This document shows positions 40,472 through 49,417 of a DNA stretch of 64,000 nucleotides, piece after piece; position 1 is the first letter of the stretch, and each line of letters opens with the position of its first letter. The stretch lies in NCBI GenBank assembly GCA_965602015.1, contig OZ271918.1, forward strand, positions 2,816,001 through 2,880,000, read 5' to 3'. A program made the position numbers and the translations under genes. Source of the DNA: Salinispira sp. GTDB lineage: Bacteria; Spirochaetota; Spirochaetia; DSM-27196; Salinispiraceae. Below the pieces are notes generated by a model. The model saw only the letters and a list, made by a program, of their open reading frames with translations, had not been told where the DNA came from and searched no databases.

Positions 40472-40495
40472 TGCCCCCAAAACAGCTGATTTAAA
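40472..40495 (+). repeat. Partial (right-end) copy of the 1071-1218 element
   Basis: TGCCCCCAAAACAGCTGATTTAAA matches the reverse complement of 1193-1216 at 23/24. Confidence 0.7.
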
Positions 40496-40581
40496 GACGC
40501 TGATTTGTTCTCTACTTGGCAATCGTTGGCTTTTCATCGGAGATCGGAAGGCTTTGTGCTCTCCCGGTTCCCCGGACGGAG

Positions 40582-40796
40582 TTAATCGTCCGGGTCATCA
40601 ACGCTTTCCCCGATGAACCGAAGCTGTTGGATGTTTTCCATTTTCTCTTCAAGGCCCTTCAACTGGGCCCGTTCCTTGTCTGACAACCCCAGAGCGTGAA
40701 TTTCGAAATCAGGAAGTGCGTCATACCTCGCCTTAATGGTCCTGAATGACGCCAGATGCGGAAATTCGAAATTTTTTTTCCGGCTGATGTAGAATT
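40582..40796 (-). pseudogene. Possible start-less gene remnant (~70 aa)
   Basis: Open frame FYISRKKNFEFPHLASFRTIKARYDALPDFEIHALGLSDKERAQLKGLEEKMENIQQLRFIGESVDDPDD*, protein-like but with no start codon at its 5' end. Confidence 0.3.
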
Positions 40797-40855
40797 ATAA
40801 TCGTGAGTATCGTCTTTCTGGTAAATACTGTTGGCGAAAGCCGAAGGAGAAAGAA

Positions 40856-41206
40856 ATGAAGTACATGTTCCTGCTCTACGACAAGCCGGAAATCGACCCC
40901 AAACTCGAGGAAGAGGAAATGCCTCTGTGGTTCGAATATACAAAGAAACTGCAGGACGCCGGGGTGCTCATCGGAGGGGAAGCCCTTGAAGGAATCAGCA
41001 CTGCAACGACGATCCGGGGTAAGGCCGCCAAGGGCTACGAAATGTTCGACGGTCCCTTCGCTGAGACCAAGGAGGTCCTCTCGGGATATTACATCATCGA
41101 TGTTGACAATCTGGACGAAGCGGCGAAGTGGGCGTCACAGGTTCCCCACGTGGCTCACGGAGGCACGGTGGAAATTCGCCCGGTGTTCGAAATGCCCGAC
41201 GAGTAA
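40856..41206 (+). CDS. YciI/DGPF-family protein
   Basis: MKYMFL, DGPFAETKE..SGYY, VEIRP; AGGAG RBS. Confidence 0.92.
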   Translation: MKYMFLLYDKPEIDPKLEEEEMPLWFEYTKKLQDAGVLIGGEALEGISTATTIRGKAAKGYEMFDGPFAETKEVLSGYYIIDVDNLDEAAKWASQVPHVAHGGTVEIRPVFEMPDE

Positions 41207-42439
41207 ATGGGCGGCGGCATTGCGGATTTTGCCAGAGAATCCTACTCACGCCTCTTTTCTTCCCTGTATTCCCGGTTCCGGGACATGGAGTTGGTTGAAG
41301 ATGGGATTCAGGATGCCATAGAAAAGCTTCTTGGCCGGCGGGGGAATCCTCCACGGGATACCCTCGCCTGGCTCTACACTGCGGCGAAAAACCGCATCCT
41401 CGACACCCTTAAAAGCAAGGCGGCACAGTTGGTGGCATACGCCGAGGAAATACACGGCGGGAGTGAAAGCGGAACTGATCCCTTCCAGGTTGATGAACAG
41501 CTTCGTCTCATGTGCCTCTGCTGTCATCCGGCTCTGGGTGAGCGGGTACAGATACTACTCACCCTGAAGCTGGTGGCCGGCCTCACATCCGGGGAGATTG
41601 CCGCCGCCCTGGTGATGAAAAAAAAGAGCGTCGAACAGGCACTTACCAGGGCAAAGGAAAAAATAAGGATAGCCGGCATACCATTCCGGACTCCCGAGGA
41701 CGGCGATCTGACCGATCGTCTGTCGGCCATTCGGAAGACGGTGTATCTCATGTTTAATGAGGGGTACCACAGCAACTCGGGGCAGGGGACGCAACGGCCC
41801 GACCTATGCAATGAAGCCATCCGCCTCGCCCGGCTGCTTGTGACCCTGTCGGGAGCCGATTCCCATCCTTCGCTATCTCTTCTGGCATTACTGCTATACC
41901 AGAACTCCCGGAGAAGAGCCCGCTTCAGCGACGATGGAGAGCCAATTCTCTTAAAAGATCAGGACAGGAACCTGTGGGACAGGGACCTGATTCGGGAAGC
42001 ACATGAACTGTTTGAAGCCCTGCTTCCTGCCACCCCCAATAAGCCGAACGAGTATTTCTTCCAGGCGGCCATAGCCAGGGAGTACGCCAGAGCTCCGGGG
42101 TATGAGGAGAGCAATTGGCCGCAAATCTGCCGGCTCTACGCCGATTACTACTACGCATACCCAAACCCCGTCGTGCTGCTTTCCTGGATTGGCGCGGAGT
42201 CCCAGCGCAGCACTCCCCGCATCGCCCTGGAACTCATGAAAAAGTTCGATCTACATACCCACTTGAAGGATTACCGCTGGTTTTACTCAGTCCGGGGCGA
42301 GCTCCGAGCCAAAACCGGCGATGCGGCCGGCGCATCAGCCGATTTATCAAGGGCGCTCTCACTCGCGGTAAATCCCGGGGAGCGGCGGCTATTGGAACGG
42401 CGCCTGGGGGAAATCGACGAGACTCTTGCTAAACGCTAA
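41207..42439 (+). CDS. ECF sigma factor with C-terminal TPR-like extension (ECF42-like, DUF6596)
   Basis: AWL...AKNR..D, CCHPAL, YLMFNEGY, LC.EAIRLAR, QDR.LW; directly follows the YciI gene. Confidence 0.9.
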   Translation: MGGGIADFARESYSRLFSSLYSRFRDMELVEDGIQDAIEKLLGRRGNPPRDTLAWLYTAAKNRILDTLKSKAAQLVAYAEEIHGGSESGTDPFQVDEQLRLMCLCCHPALGERVQILLTLKLVAGLTSGEIAAALVMKKKSVEQALTRAKEKIRIAGIPFRTPEDGDLTDRLSAIRKTVYLMFNEGYHSNSGQGTQRPDLCNEAIRLARLLVTLSGADSHPSLSLLALLLYQNSRRRARFSDDGEPILLKDQDRNLWDRDLIREAHELFEALLPATPNKPNEYFFQAAIAREYARAPGYEESNWPQICRLYADYYYAYPNPVVLLSWIGAESQRSTPRIALELMKKFDLHTHLKDYRWFYSVRGELRAKTGDAAGASADLSRALSLAVNPGERRLLERRLGEIDETLAKR

Positions 42440-42471
42440 GCATCTCCAAGCTGCGGGCTTACTAAACCCCA

Positions 42472-43368
42472 TCACTCCCCGTGGACCCGCACGAGAATAT
42501 TGCCCTTTTTCCTGCCGCTTGCCACGTAGGCATGGGCCTGGGCAACGCCTTCGAGGGTGATTTCCCGGTCGATGATTGCAGTTACGTTTCCTTCTTTCGC
42601 CATTTCAAGAAGCTCTTCCAGTTCAGTGTTTATCTCTTTTGTGGGCCGGCGCACGCTGCCGATCTGTCCACCGGGATTGATGAGCTGTTTAGCCTGTTTC
42701 CTTGATAGTTTGCCCACCGCATCGATGAGGATGTCTACCCGTTGTTTTTTCCACTCGTCTTCCCGATAATCCAGCAGCCTGTCCATACCAAGACCCCGAA
42801 CCGCCGCAATGCTCGAGCTGCTGCACACACCGGTGACCCGGGCTCCCCTATGTTGGGCCAGTTGAGCGACGTAGCTCCCAACCGAGCCGGAGCAGCCATA
42901 TACCATAAGGCTCTTCCCTTTTATGCCGGAAAGCCGGCCCAGAATCTGCATTGCGGTCATGCCGCCCACCGCAAGGGGAGCCGCCTTTTCGAGGGCAAGG
43001 GCTTTGTCTACCTTCGCAAGAACCCCGCTTCTGCTCCTGGCGGGTACGCAGAGGTATTCGGCGTTTGCCCCGTATCGCAAACCCGTCGCGGTGCCGGCCA
43101 CCCGGTCTCCCGGAGAAAAATCCCCTACCCCGTCCCCGACTGCTTCGATTGTCCCTGAAAACTCCACTCCCGGAATATCCATGGCCTTGAATCCGAACAA
43201 AGCGCCGAGCACTGCGGTCAGTGCCCGGGGCATATTGTGCATAATTACGTCACCCCGGGTGACCGTGGCGTACGCCATCTTAACCAGCAGCTCTCCTTCG
43301 GACGGTTCGGACCTGTGGAAGTCCCGCAGCCTCAAAGCTCCGTTCCGGGTTCCGTCAATTGCCTTCAT
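42472..43368 (-). CDS. Zinc-independent MDR oxidoreductase (quinone oxidoreductase-like)
   Basis: PG.EFSG, GANAEY, G.SGSVGS, G.KKG. Confidence 0.88.
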   Translation of the reverse strand: MKAIDGTRNGALRLRDFHRSEPSEGELLVKMAYATVTRGDVIMHNMPRALTAVLGALFGFKAMDIPGVEFSGTIEAVGDGVGDFSPGDRVAGTATGLRYGANAEYLCVPARSRSGVLAKVDKALALEKAAPLAVGGMTAMQILGRLSGIKGKSLMVYGCSGSVGSYVAQLAQHRGARVTGVCSSSSIAAVRGLGMDRLLDYREDEWKKQRVDILIDAVGKLSRKQAKQLINPGGQIGSVRRPTKEINTELEELLEMAKEGNVTAIIDREITLEGVAQAHAYVASGRKKGNILVRVHGE

Positions 43369-43380
43369 ATCAATCTCCTA

Positions 43381-43432
43381 AACTTACAGTGTAAACTTGC
43401 ATGAGATATACTTTATATATACACTGTAAGTT
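43381..43432. promoter_or_regulatory. Paired TetR-type operator sites
   Basis: 13-bp perfect inverted repeat AACTTACAGTGTA (43381-43393) / TACACTGTAAGTT (43420-43432) in the divergent MDR-TetR gap; each arm is itself near-palindromic. Confidence 0.75.
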
Positions 43433-43462
43433 AGTCAAGCATTTTATCAAAGGAGACATTCG

Positions 43463-44140
43463 ATGGCGAAAACCCGCAAAGGCAGAGCCCGGGCAGGTCT
43501 GAGTCGGGAACTGGTTGTGGCGGCGGCGGTCGAGTATGCCGACCGCTTGGGGATAGATGCCCTATCGATGAGAAAGCTCGCAGGTGATTTGGGGGTGGAG
43601 GCGATGAGCCTGTACAACCACGTGAAAAACAAGGAAGCCCTCACCAAGGCAATGCTCGATGTGGTTACCGGAAAGTTTTCCCTGCCGGAGGAACCACTGA
43701 CATGGAGGGAATTTTTATTTGAAAGGGGCGAGTCGATGTACCAGGGCCTGGTGGAGCACCCCTGGTCTTCAATGACGCTTATGTCCACCTTTTACGACGG
43801 GCCGTTATTTTTGCAGTTTATGGACCGGAGTTTCGGCTTTTTGGAAGATGCGGGCTTCAGCCTCGACAGAGCGGACTGGATACTCAATGCGGCGGACAGT
43901 TTCACTTACGGCTTTGTACTGCAGAAAATCAATTTCCCCATAGCCGACGAGAACATGGGTGCGGTCGCGGAAGCATCCCTGGACCTGGTGCCTCCGGACA
44001 GCCTTCCGCATCTGAATCGCCTCACCGCCATGGTTGCCCGGGGAGAATACGACGGCTTGTTCGACTACCACTTCGGGCTGTCGGCATTGGTGCGGGGTTT
44101 TGACGAACCCGGGCGGTCAGCCGGCACTACTGGGCGGTGA
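43463..44140 (+). CDS. TetR family regulator (TetR_C type)
   Basis: LSMRKLA..LGV.AMSLY.HV.NK helix-turn-helix. Confidence 0.93.
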   Translation: MAKTRKGRARAGLSRELVVAAAVEYADRLGIDALSMRKLAGDLGVEAMSLYNHVKNKEALTKAMLDVVTGKFSLPEEPLTWREFLFERGESMYQGLVEHPWSSMTLMSTFYDGPLFLQFMDRSFGFLEDAGFSLDRADWILNAADSFTYGFVLQKINFPIADENMGAVAEASLDLVPPDSLPHLNRLTAMVARGEYDGLFDYHFGLSALVRGFDEPGRSAGTTGR

Positions 44141-44897
44141 AACCCCCGTCCACCGTCAGGATGTGCCCCGTGAGAAACACCGGTGCCTCGCTGAGAAGCC
44201 AGAGGGCTACAGATGCGACCTCTTCGGGTTCGGCAATCCGGCCGATGGGGTGGCCTTCACCGTAGGCTTTTTCTATCTCAGGACGGCCTCCGGTGCTCCG
44301 CTTAAAAATGTCGGTCCGCACGGAGGCCGGGGCGATGGCGTTTACCGATACTCCCCGGGACGAATATTCCAGGGCGGCAGTGCGGGTGAGTCCGTTGACC
44401 GCGTGGCGGCTCGCATTGTAGGCGGATCGGCCCGGCCGGGCCACCGATCCGCATATGCTCGACATATTCACAATTCTCCCGCCGCCGTTTCGCAGCATCA
44501 TGGCCAATTCCCTCTGCATGAGCAGAAAGGTCCCCCGGAGATTAATGTCGAGAATGCGGTCGAATTCCTCTATGCTCGTTTCCAGAATCTCGGCCTTTTC
44601 CCCGTCGATACCCGCATTGTTAAATGCCCCGTCCAGGACGCCGTGCTGATCCCCGATGTGGCGGAACAAGCGGTCGAGGTCTTCGACCTTTGAGCTGTCC
44701 GACGGGTGAAACTCAGCGGTGTATCCGAAGTCCCTCAATTCATCCTGGAACGCATAACCGAGCTCCCGCCGCCGCCCGGTAAATATCAGCCGGGCGCCTT
44801 TGGCTGCAATGAGCCGGCAGGCTTCCCTGCCGATACCCGAAGTTCCGCCGGTAACCAGAATGACCTTGCCAGTAAGAACGGCTGCAGACCTGCTCAC
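44127..44897 (-). CDS. SDR family oxidoreductase with atypical YxxxR catalytic motif
   Basis: TGGTSGIG, NNAG, SS, YNASR, P.GR...PEE, DGG; GTG start overlaps the AfsA-like stop (GTGA). Confidence 0.88.
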   Translation of the reverse strand: MSRSAAVLTGKVILVTGGTSGIGREACRLIAAKGARLIFTGRRRELGYAFQDELRDFGYTAEFHPSDSSKVEDLDRLFRHIGDQHGVLDGAFNNAGIDGEKAEILETSIEEFDRILDINLRGTFLLMQRELAMMLRNGGGRIVNMSSICGSVARPGRSAYNASRHAVNGLTRTAALEYSSRGVSVNAIAPASVRTDIFKRSTGGRPEIEKAYGEGHPIGRIAEPEEVASVALWLLSEAPVFLTGHILTVDGGFTAQ

Positions 44898-46099
44898 AAG
44901 ACGGCCTCTTCGGGAACCTTGCACGAGCGTTTCAAAAAGAGCTCGAGTGCCTCGCTCTCAAACTCGTCGCCGAATACCAGGCGCTGACCCCGGCTTCCCG
45001 CCGATATAAGCGTGGCGCTCCCGTTTGCTGTGCCGAGCCCTGAGATGAGCAGAATAAACTCGCATGCCCCGCTTTCCGGCAGCTCGCCGCCGGATCCGAG
45101 CTTTATTTCGGCTCCCGACAGGTTGATCAGATTCACTTCCCGTTCGATCCAGCGGCTCTGGGGATCCGTTCTGATAAGCAGACTGTAATCCCGGTGATCC
45201 GCGGGAATAAAGGGCAGCGAGCGCAGTTCATCGCGCTTCATACGCCGTATCCGCCGGAATACCCCGGTTCCGATATTGCTGCCCGCGCAGGTTACCACTC
45301 CGCTCTTTTGTCCGTTCTGATGGATTGATATATCCAGGCTGACGAAGGACCACACGCCCCGGTGCAGCTTTTTCCGGGTCAGTTCTGCTCTCAGTACCAC
45401 CGGAGCATAGAGCTCGAGAAAACCGCTGAACCGGGCTTCCAACACGTCGAGTATCATGTGGGAGCCCTCCAGGGGGACCGCCCCGTACTGGTGACCGCAG
45501 GCGATGATCATCTGGCGGCATGCTTCAAGAAGCATAATTCCCGGCACGTGCTCGTTGGGATGCTCAAAAAAGAAGGGGTGGCTTGTCTCCACAACCATGT
45601 TCGCCAGATACACTTCTTCCCGATATCCGGCATCGCCCTTCTCGACTATGGCGGACACCTCAGCCTGCAGCGAGTTGTCCGTGTAATACTCCCGTTTGTC
45701 GGCGGTTTTGATTATCCGGTTCAAAAGATCATCGTCGGGAATTTTTTTCAGATAGCGGGTTCCCGCGGCATCGCATTCACCGCCGTAATGGTCGTCCAGA
45801 TGACCCGCGAGGTCTTCATTGAGCGAAATCCGGACCGCCTCATACTGTTCCCGGCTGAGTTTCATTACCCCCAGGATTTCCCGGTGGGCATACACCGGCC
45901 CATCGCCCAGGAGTCCACCCGATTCGACCAGCCGGTACACCGAATACAGGGCATCTTTTTCTTCAGTGTTGAGCCGGGACGCCAGGGTATCCATTTCATC
46001 AGGAGAAATGCTCTTCGGGAGCATTCTCCTGAGATTCGCCAATAATACATTGCTTTCGCGGTTTTTATGGACCAACCGCCGGTCAACAAGCCTATCCAT
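44894..46099 (-). CDS. AfsA-related hotdog-domain protein (A-factor/butenolide biosynthesis family) with a degenerate PilZ-like C-terminal domain
   Basis: N-terminal RRLVHK....NVL and [23 protein letters not shown] match the AfsA repeat signature. The C-terminal RxxxR...NLINLSGA beta domain as PilZ-like is inference. Confidence 0.8.
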   Translation of the reverse strand: MDRLVDRRLVHKNRESNVLLANLRRMLPKSISPDEMDTLASRLNTEEKDALYSVYRLVESGGLLGDGPVYAHREILGVMKLSREQYEAVRISLNEDLAGHLDDHYGGECDAAGTRYLKKIPDDDLLNRIIKTADKREYYTDNSLQAEVSAIVEKGDAGYREEVYLANMVVETSHPFFFEHPNEHVPGIMLLEACRQMIIACGHQYGAVPLEGSHMILDVLEARFSGFLELYAPVVLRAELTRKKLHRGVWSFVSLDISIHQNGQKSGVVTCAGSNIGTGVFRRIRRMKRDELRSLPFIPADHRDYSLLIRTDPQSRWIEREVNLINLSGAEIKLGSGGELPESGACEFILLISGLGTANGSATLISAGSRGQRLVFGDEFESEALELFLKRSCKVPEEAVL

Positions 46100-48140
46100 C
46101 GCCTTCCTCCCCGAGCGAGAACTGATCGCAGATGCCTTCGAGATCCCTGGAAACCGCGGTGTTCGATTCCGAAGTTTTTCTCAGTTCCACAAGCATGGCC
46201 GAGATATCTTCGTTACTCCGGTGCTGCTCCAGGGTTGCGCCGCGGATGTAGTCCGACATGTGGACCAGATCGGCCATGGCATTCTCAATGTGCCGGCTCT
46301 TGCCGTTGACGTTATCCATCAGCTCTTTAATGCTGTTCGTGGCGTCAACCACCGATGAAACCGAAGCGAGCACCTCGTCGGTTCCCGCCCGCTGCTCGGT
46401 CATGGCCGACGACACCAGATCGATGAGCCCGGTGGTCTCTTCAATACCCTTGAGAATGCTTCTGAAAGACCGACCGGCTTCTTCGGTCTGTTCGACGCCG
46501 CTTTCAACGCGGTCTGACATCTGTTGAATCTGCTCGTATATTTGACGGGACTGGGACGAACTGCTTTCGGCGAGTTTGCGTATTTCCGACGCCACGACGG
46601 CGAAGCCCCGGCCGGCCTCGCCGGCATGGGCGGCCTCTATGGCGGCGTTCATCGCCAGGAGGTTTGTCTGTTCGGATACGTCGGCGATTATTTTGACGAA
46701 CTCCGCAACCCGGACCGCGCTTTCCCTGATGACCCGGATCGATTCGATGCTTTTCCCCAGCTGCTCTTCACCCTCCCGGGCAGTATTCCCCAGCTTCTGG
46801 CCCAGCTCATTTGCCAGGTCGGTGTTTTTGGCGACCGAGGCGATGTTGCCGGCCATCTCGCTCATGGCGCCGGCGGTCTGCTCAATAAACGACGACTGGT
46901 TCTCCACATCAATCCTGGCCCGGTCCATATCCTGCTGCATCTGGGCTATGAGGTCCCGGACGAGGGTTACCGAGCCGGATTGCTCCTCTGCGCTTGACGA
47001 TATCTGCCGCACCGAACTGACGACCTCGTGCATCGCTGCCGAAGCCTGTTCCGCGGCGCTGTCCATGCTGACCGAAGAAAGGGATATGCGCTGGCTTCCT
47101 CCGGCCACGCTGACGAGAATGCTTTCAAGGGTCCCCATGAAGCGGTTTATCAGGTCTGACAGCTCACCGACCTCGTCGTAGGCGGTAATAAACAGCCGTT
47201 CGGTGAGACGGTCCTTTCCGTCGAGAATTCCCCGGATTTTCCGCTGCTGAAGCCGGAGCTGAAGGGTTATTTCCCTGGCGTACACGGCAATGACGATTAA
47301 CACGATGGCGGCAATGGCGATAAAGCCGAGATACACGCCAAAGCGAACCGCCCTGCGGCGGGCTTCCCCGGCTGCAATAATCCGCTCAAATGACGGCGCC
47401 GGATCCAGCCGGGAAAAAAGGCCGTCGAAGTTAGCCCGGGCTGCCTGCATATTGCCCCCTGAGGCCAAAATCTCCGCGCTTACCGTGGATTCGATTTCCC
47501 AGGCGAAATAGAGCTTGGGAATGAAATAACTCACGGCGTAGAGGGCCAGGAGGCTGCCGATGAGCACGGTTTTCGCCCGGAGCCCGCCGGACTTCCTCAC
47601 CTCGCCGATGCTGGTTATTTTCATCACGCTTCGGACCGGGGTCAGCACCTGATTGTTGAGGGATATCTGAACGAAGGCATACACGACGGAACTCGAAAGG
47701 GTAAAAACCAGCTGGAACCACAGGCGGGGACTGTCGGGATTGGAAAACAGTCCCCGGTTCCATGCGAAGAGCAGGGTTCCCAGGAAAAAGCTGATAAAGT
47801 TCAGCAGGAAAATAAATGCCGGGAGGGCGAACATGCGCTTTTTCGCCAACTTCATTTCCTCAGCCGGCGCTCCTCCGCCGGACAGTAGTCGGCGGTAGGT
47901 TTTAGTAATGGGCAGGGTGTAGGCGTATATCGCTCCGGAAAAAAGCAGGAGGATGGGTATAACATTCACCAGCATAAATGTGGAGAAGTAGCTCCACAGT
48001 CCGCTCAACGGATCGATGCCGATAATTGCCTGTTCGATTACGTGGTCGGTAATCGTCAGGATGCTCAGGGGCAGCAGGAACACCAGTACGGTATTTCTTA
48101 CTATCCTGATGGAGACATTGCTTTTTTTCATCTGGGTCAT
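46092..48140 (-). CDS. Methyl-accepting chemotaxis protein, about 6 TM segments
   Basis: Multiple hydrophobic helices, HAMP (DEVGEL), [27 protein letters not shown]; 8-bp overlap with the AfsA-like gene. Confidence 0.93.
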   Translation of the reverse strand: MTQMKKSNVSIRIVRNTVLVFLLPLSILTITDHVIEQAIIGIDPLSGLWSYFSTFMLVNVIPILLLFSGAIYAYTLPITKTYRRLLSGGGAPAEEMKLAKKRMFALPAFIFLLNFISFFLGTLLFAWNRGLFSNPDSPRLWFQLVFTLSSSVVYAFVQISLNNQVLTPVRSVMKITSIGEVRKSGGLRAKTVLIGSLLALYAVSYFIPKLYFAWEIESTVSAEILASGGNMQAARANFDGLFSRLDPAPSFERIIAAGEARRRAVRFGVYLGFIAIAAIVLIVIAVYAREITLQLRLQQRKIRGILDGKDRLTERLFITAYDEVGELSDLINRFMGTLESILVSVAGGSQRISLSSVSMDSAAEQASAAMHEVVSSVRQISSSAEEQSGSVTLVRDLIAQMQQDMDRARIDVENQSSFIEQTAGAMSEMAGNIASVAKNTDLANELGQKLGNTAREGEEQLGKSIESIRVIRESAVRVAEFVKIIADVSEQTNLLAMNAAIEAAHAGEAGRGFAVVASEIRKLAESSSSQSRQIYEQIQQMSDRVESGVEQTEEAGRSFRSILKGIEETTGLIDLVSSAMTEQRAGTDEVLASVSSVVDATNSIKELMDNVNGKSRHIENAMADLVHMSDYIRGATLEQHRSNEDISAMLVELRKTSESNTAVSRDLEGICDQFSLGEEGDG

Positions 48141-48157
48141 AGACTCTCCGGCCCGGC

Positions 48158-49216
48158 CTACTGAATGTAGGCCAGGGCTATTTCGAGGCTGTCAGGAAAG
48201 TTGGAGAAGCCCAAAAGCCTTCCCTCGGCATCGGCGGTCCAGGAATTCACGGTGTGCACCCGGTAGATTTTCCCCGTGCTAAACACCCGCCACTCTTCGT
48301 AGAGAATGACGTCGGCCCGGTTTCCTTCACTGACTATGAAGCGCTCGACAAAAACCGGCTCCGCGGTGCCCCCCAGGTTGCCCACAAAACTGAGAATTTC
48401 ATTTTTACCCTCGTAGGAACCCGCAAAGGGATAACTCTGAGGATCTCCCTTGAAATACACTGCGGCATCATCGGACAAGAGTTCGAACACAGCGGGAATA
48501 TCGCCGGCGTAAAACAGATCGTAGAGGGTGTCGACTTTTTCAGCGACGCCGTCCACATTAACGCCGATTTCATAGGAATCGTCGGGGTTGCGGATGTCGG
48601 TAAAAAGCCGTCCGTCGGCATTGCCGCCGAATGCCCGGGTCCATGCCTGGGTGTCGTAATACATCCTCGCTTCGCTTATATAGCCGCTGCGGCCGAAGCG
48701 GAAAAGGAATACGGTCTCAAGATCGATTTCGGCCCCGGTAGATACCACCTCCGCGCGTATTTGAACGTGGCTGCTCACGTAATCGTTCTCGGCGAGCTGA
48801 TACTGAACGTCGACCTCCCGGATATCAAGTTCCCTCCACAACTGTCTGAAGTAGCGGTCAACCTCGCGGCCTCCGCTGTATTCCCCCGAAAGGGGCACCC
48901 GCCCCCCGGCGAGGCCGGTGATGGTAAGTTCGGAGCCCCGGACGAAAAACCGGGATGTGAGAAAGTGCTCCCGGGAATAGAGCTCGAAAAACAGCCTCAG
49001 GTAATGCTTACGGGCCTGGTAAATCCAATCCGGCGAAAGGGTCCTGCTGGCGCTTTCCGTCCTGACGCTCATGTCCATGACGCTTCCCGGAGGAGGCGGA
49101 AGCTCGGAAATCTCCATCTGGTGGTCCGGGTCCATAAACGGCTCGGTACACGAGCTGATAAAAACGGCTGCAATGACAATACATGCTATACGAAAAAATG
49201 TGCTGGCGGTGTTCAC
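48158..49216 (-). CDS. Lipoprotein with two SnoaL/NTF2-like domains
   Basis: GTG start with CAGGAG RBS; lipobox FISS-C; two repeats of P..G.Y.G...V..(F/Y), ending YYDT and FPDS. Confidence 0.75.
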   Translation of the reverse strand: MNTASTFFRIACIVIAAVFISSCTEPFMDPDHQMEISELPPPPGSVMDMSVRTESASRTLSPDWIYQARKHYLRLFFELYSREHFLTSRFFVRGSELTITGLAGGRVPLSGEYSGGREVDRYFRQLWRELDIREVDVQYQLAENDYVSSHVQIRAEVVSTGAEIDLETVFLFRFGRSGYISEARMYYDTQAWTRAFGGNADGRLFTDIRNPDDSYEIGVNVDGVAEKVDTLYDLFYAGDIPAVFELLSDDAAVYFKGDPQSYPFAGSYEGKNEILSFVGNLGGTAEPVFVERFIVSEGNRADVILYEEWRVFSTGKIYRVHTVNSWTADAEGRLLGFSNFPDSLEIALAYIQ

Positions 49217-49300
49217 GGTATTCTCCTGTATTTTTACTTGCAACTGCCGCGGGTCGGCAGTTTCCTCAATGAACCCTAACTCCGTTGTCTTGTGCCGTAT

Positions 49301-49332
49301 ATAGCAATGTATTGCTAGCAAGATCTTGCTAT
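49301..49332. promoter_or_regulatory. Tandem overlapping palindromes TAGCAA-N4-TTGCTA (candidate operator)
   Basis: TAGCAATGTATTGCTA (49302-49317) and perfect TAGCAAGATCTTGCTA (49316-49331) in the divergent promoter region. Confidence 0.6.
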
Positions 49333-49417
49333 GCCAAAATCAGGGAAAATTTGAATAGGCGTGAAAAAATAGCTATATTCTGACCAGACTATATTTGAGT
49401 TTTTTGAAGAGAATGCT

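Noticed and set aside
49217..49417. Sigma54 or sigma28 promoter for the MCP operons
   Set aside because: No correctly spaced GG-N10-GC or TAAA-N15-GCCGATAA was found by eye.
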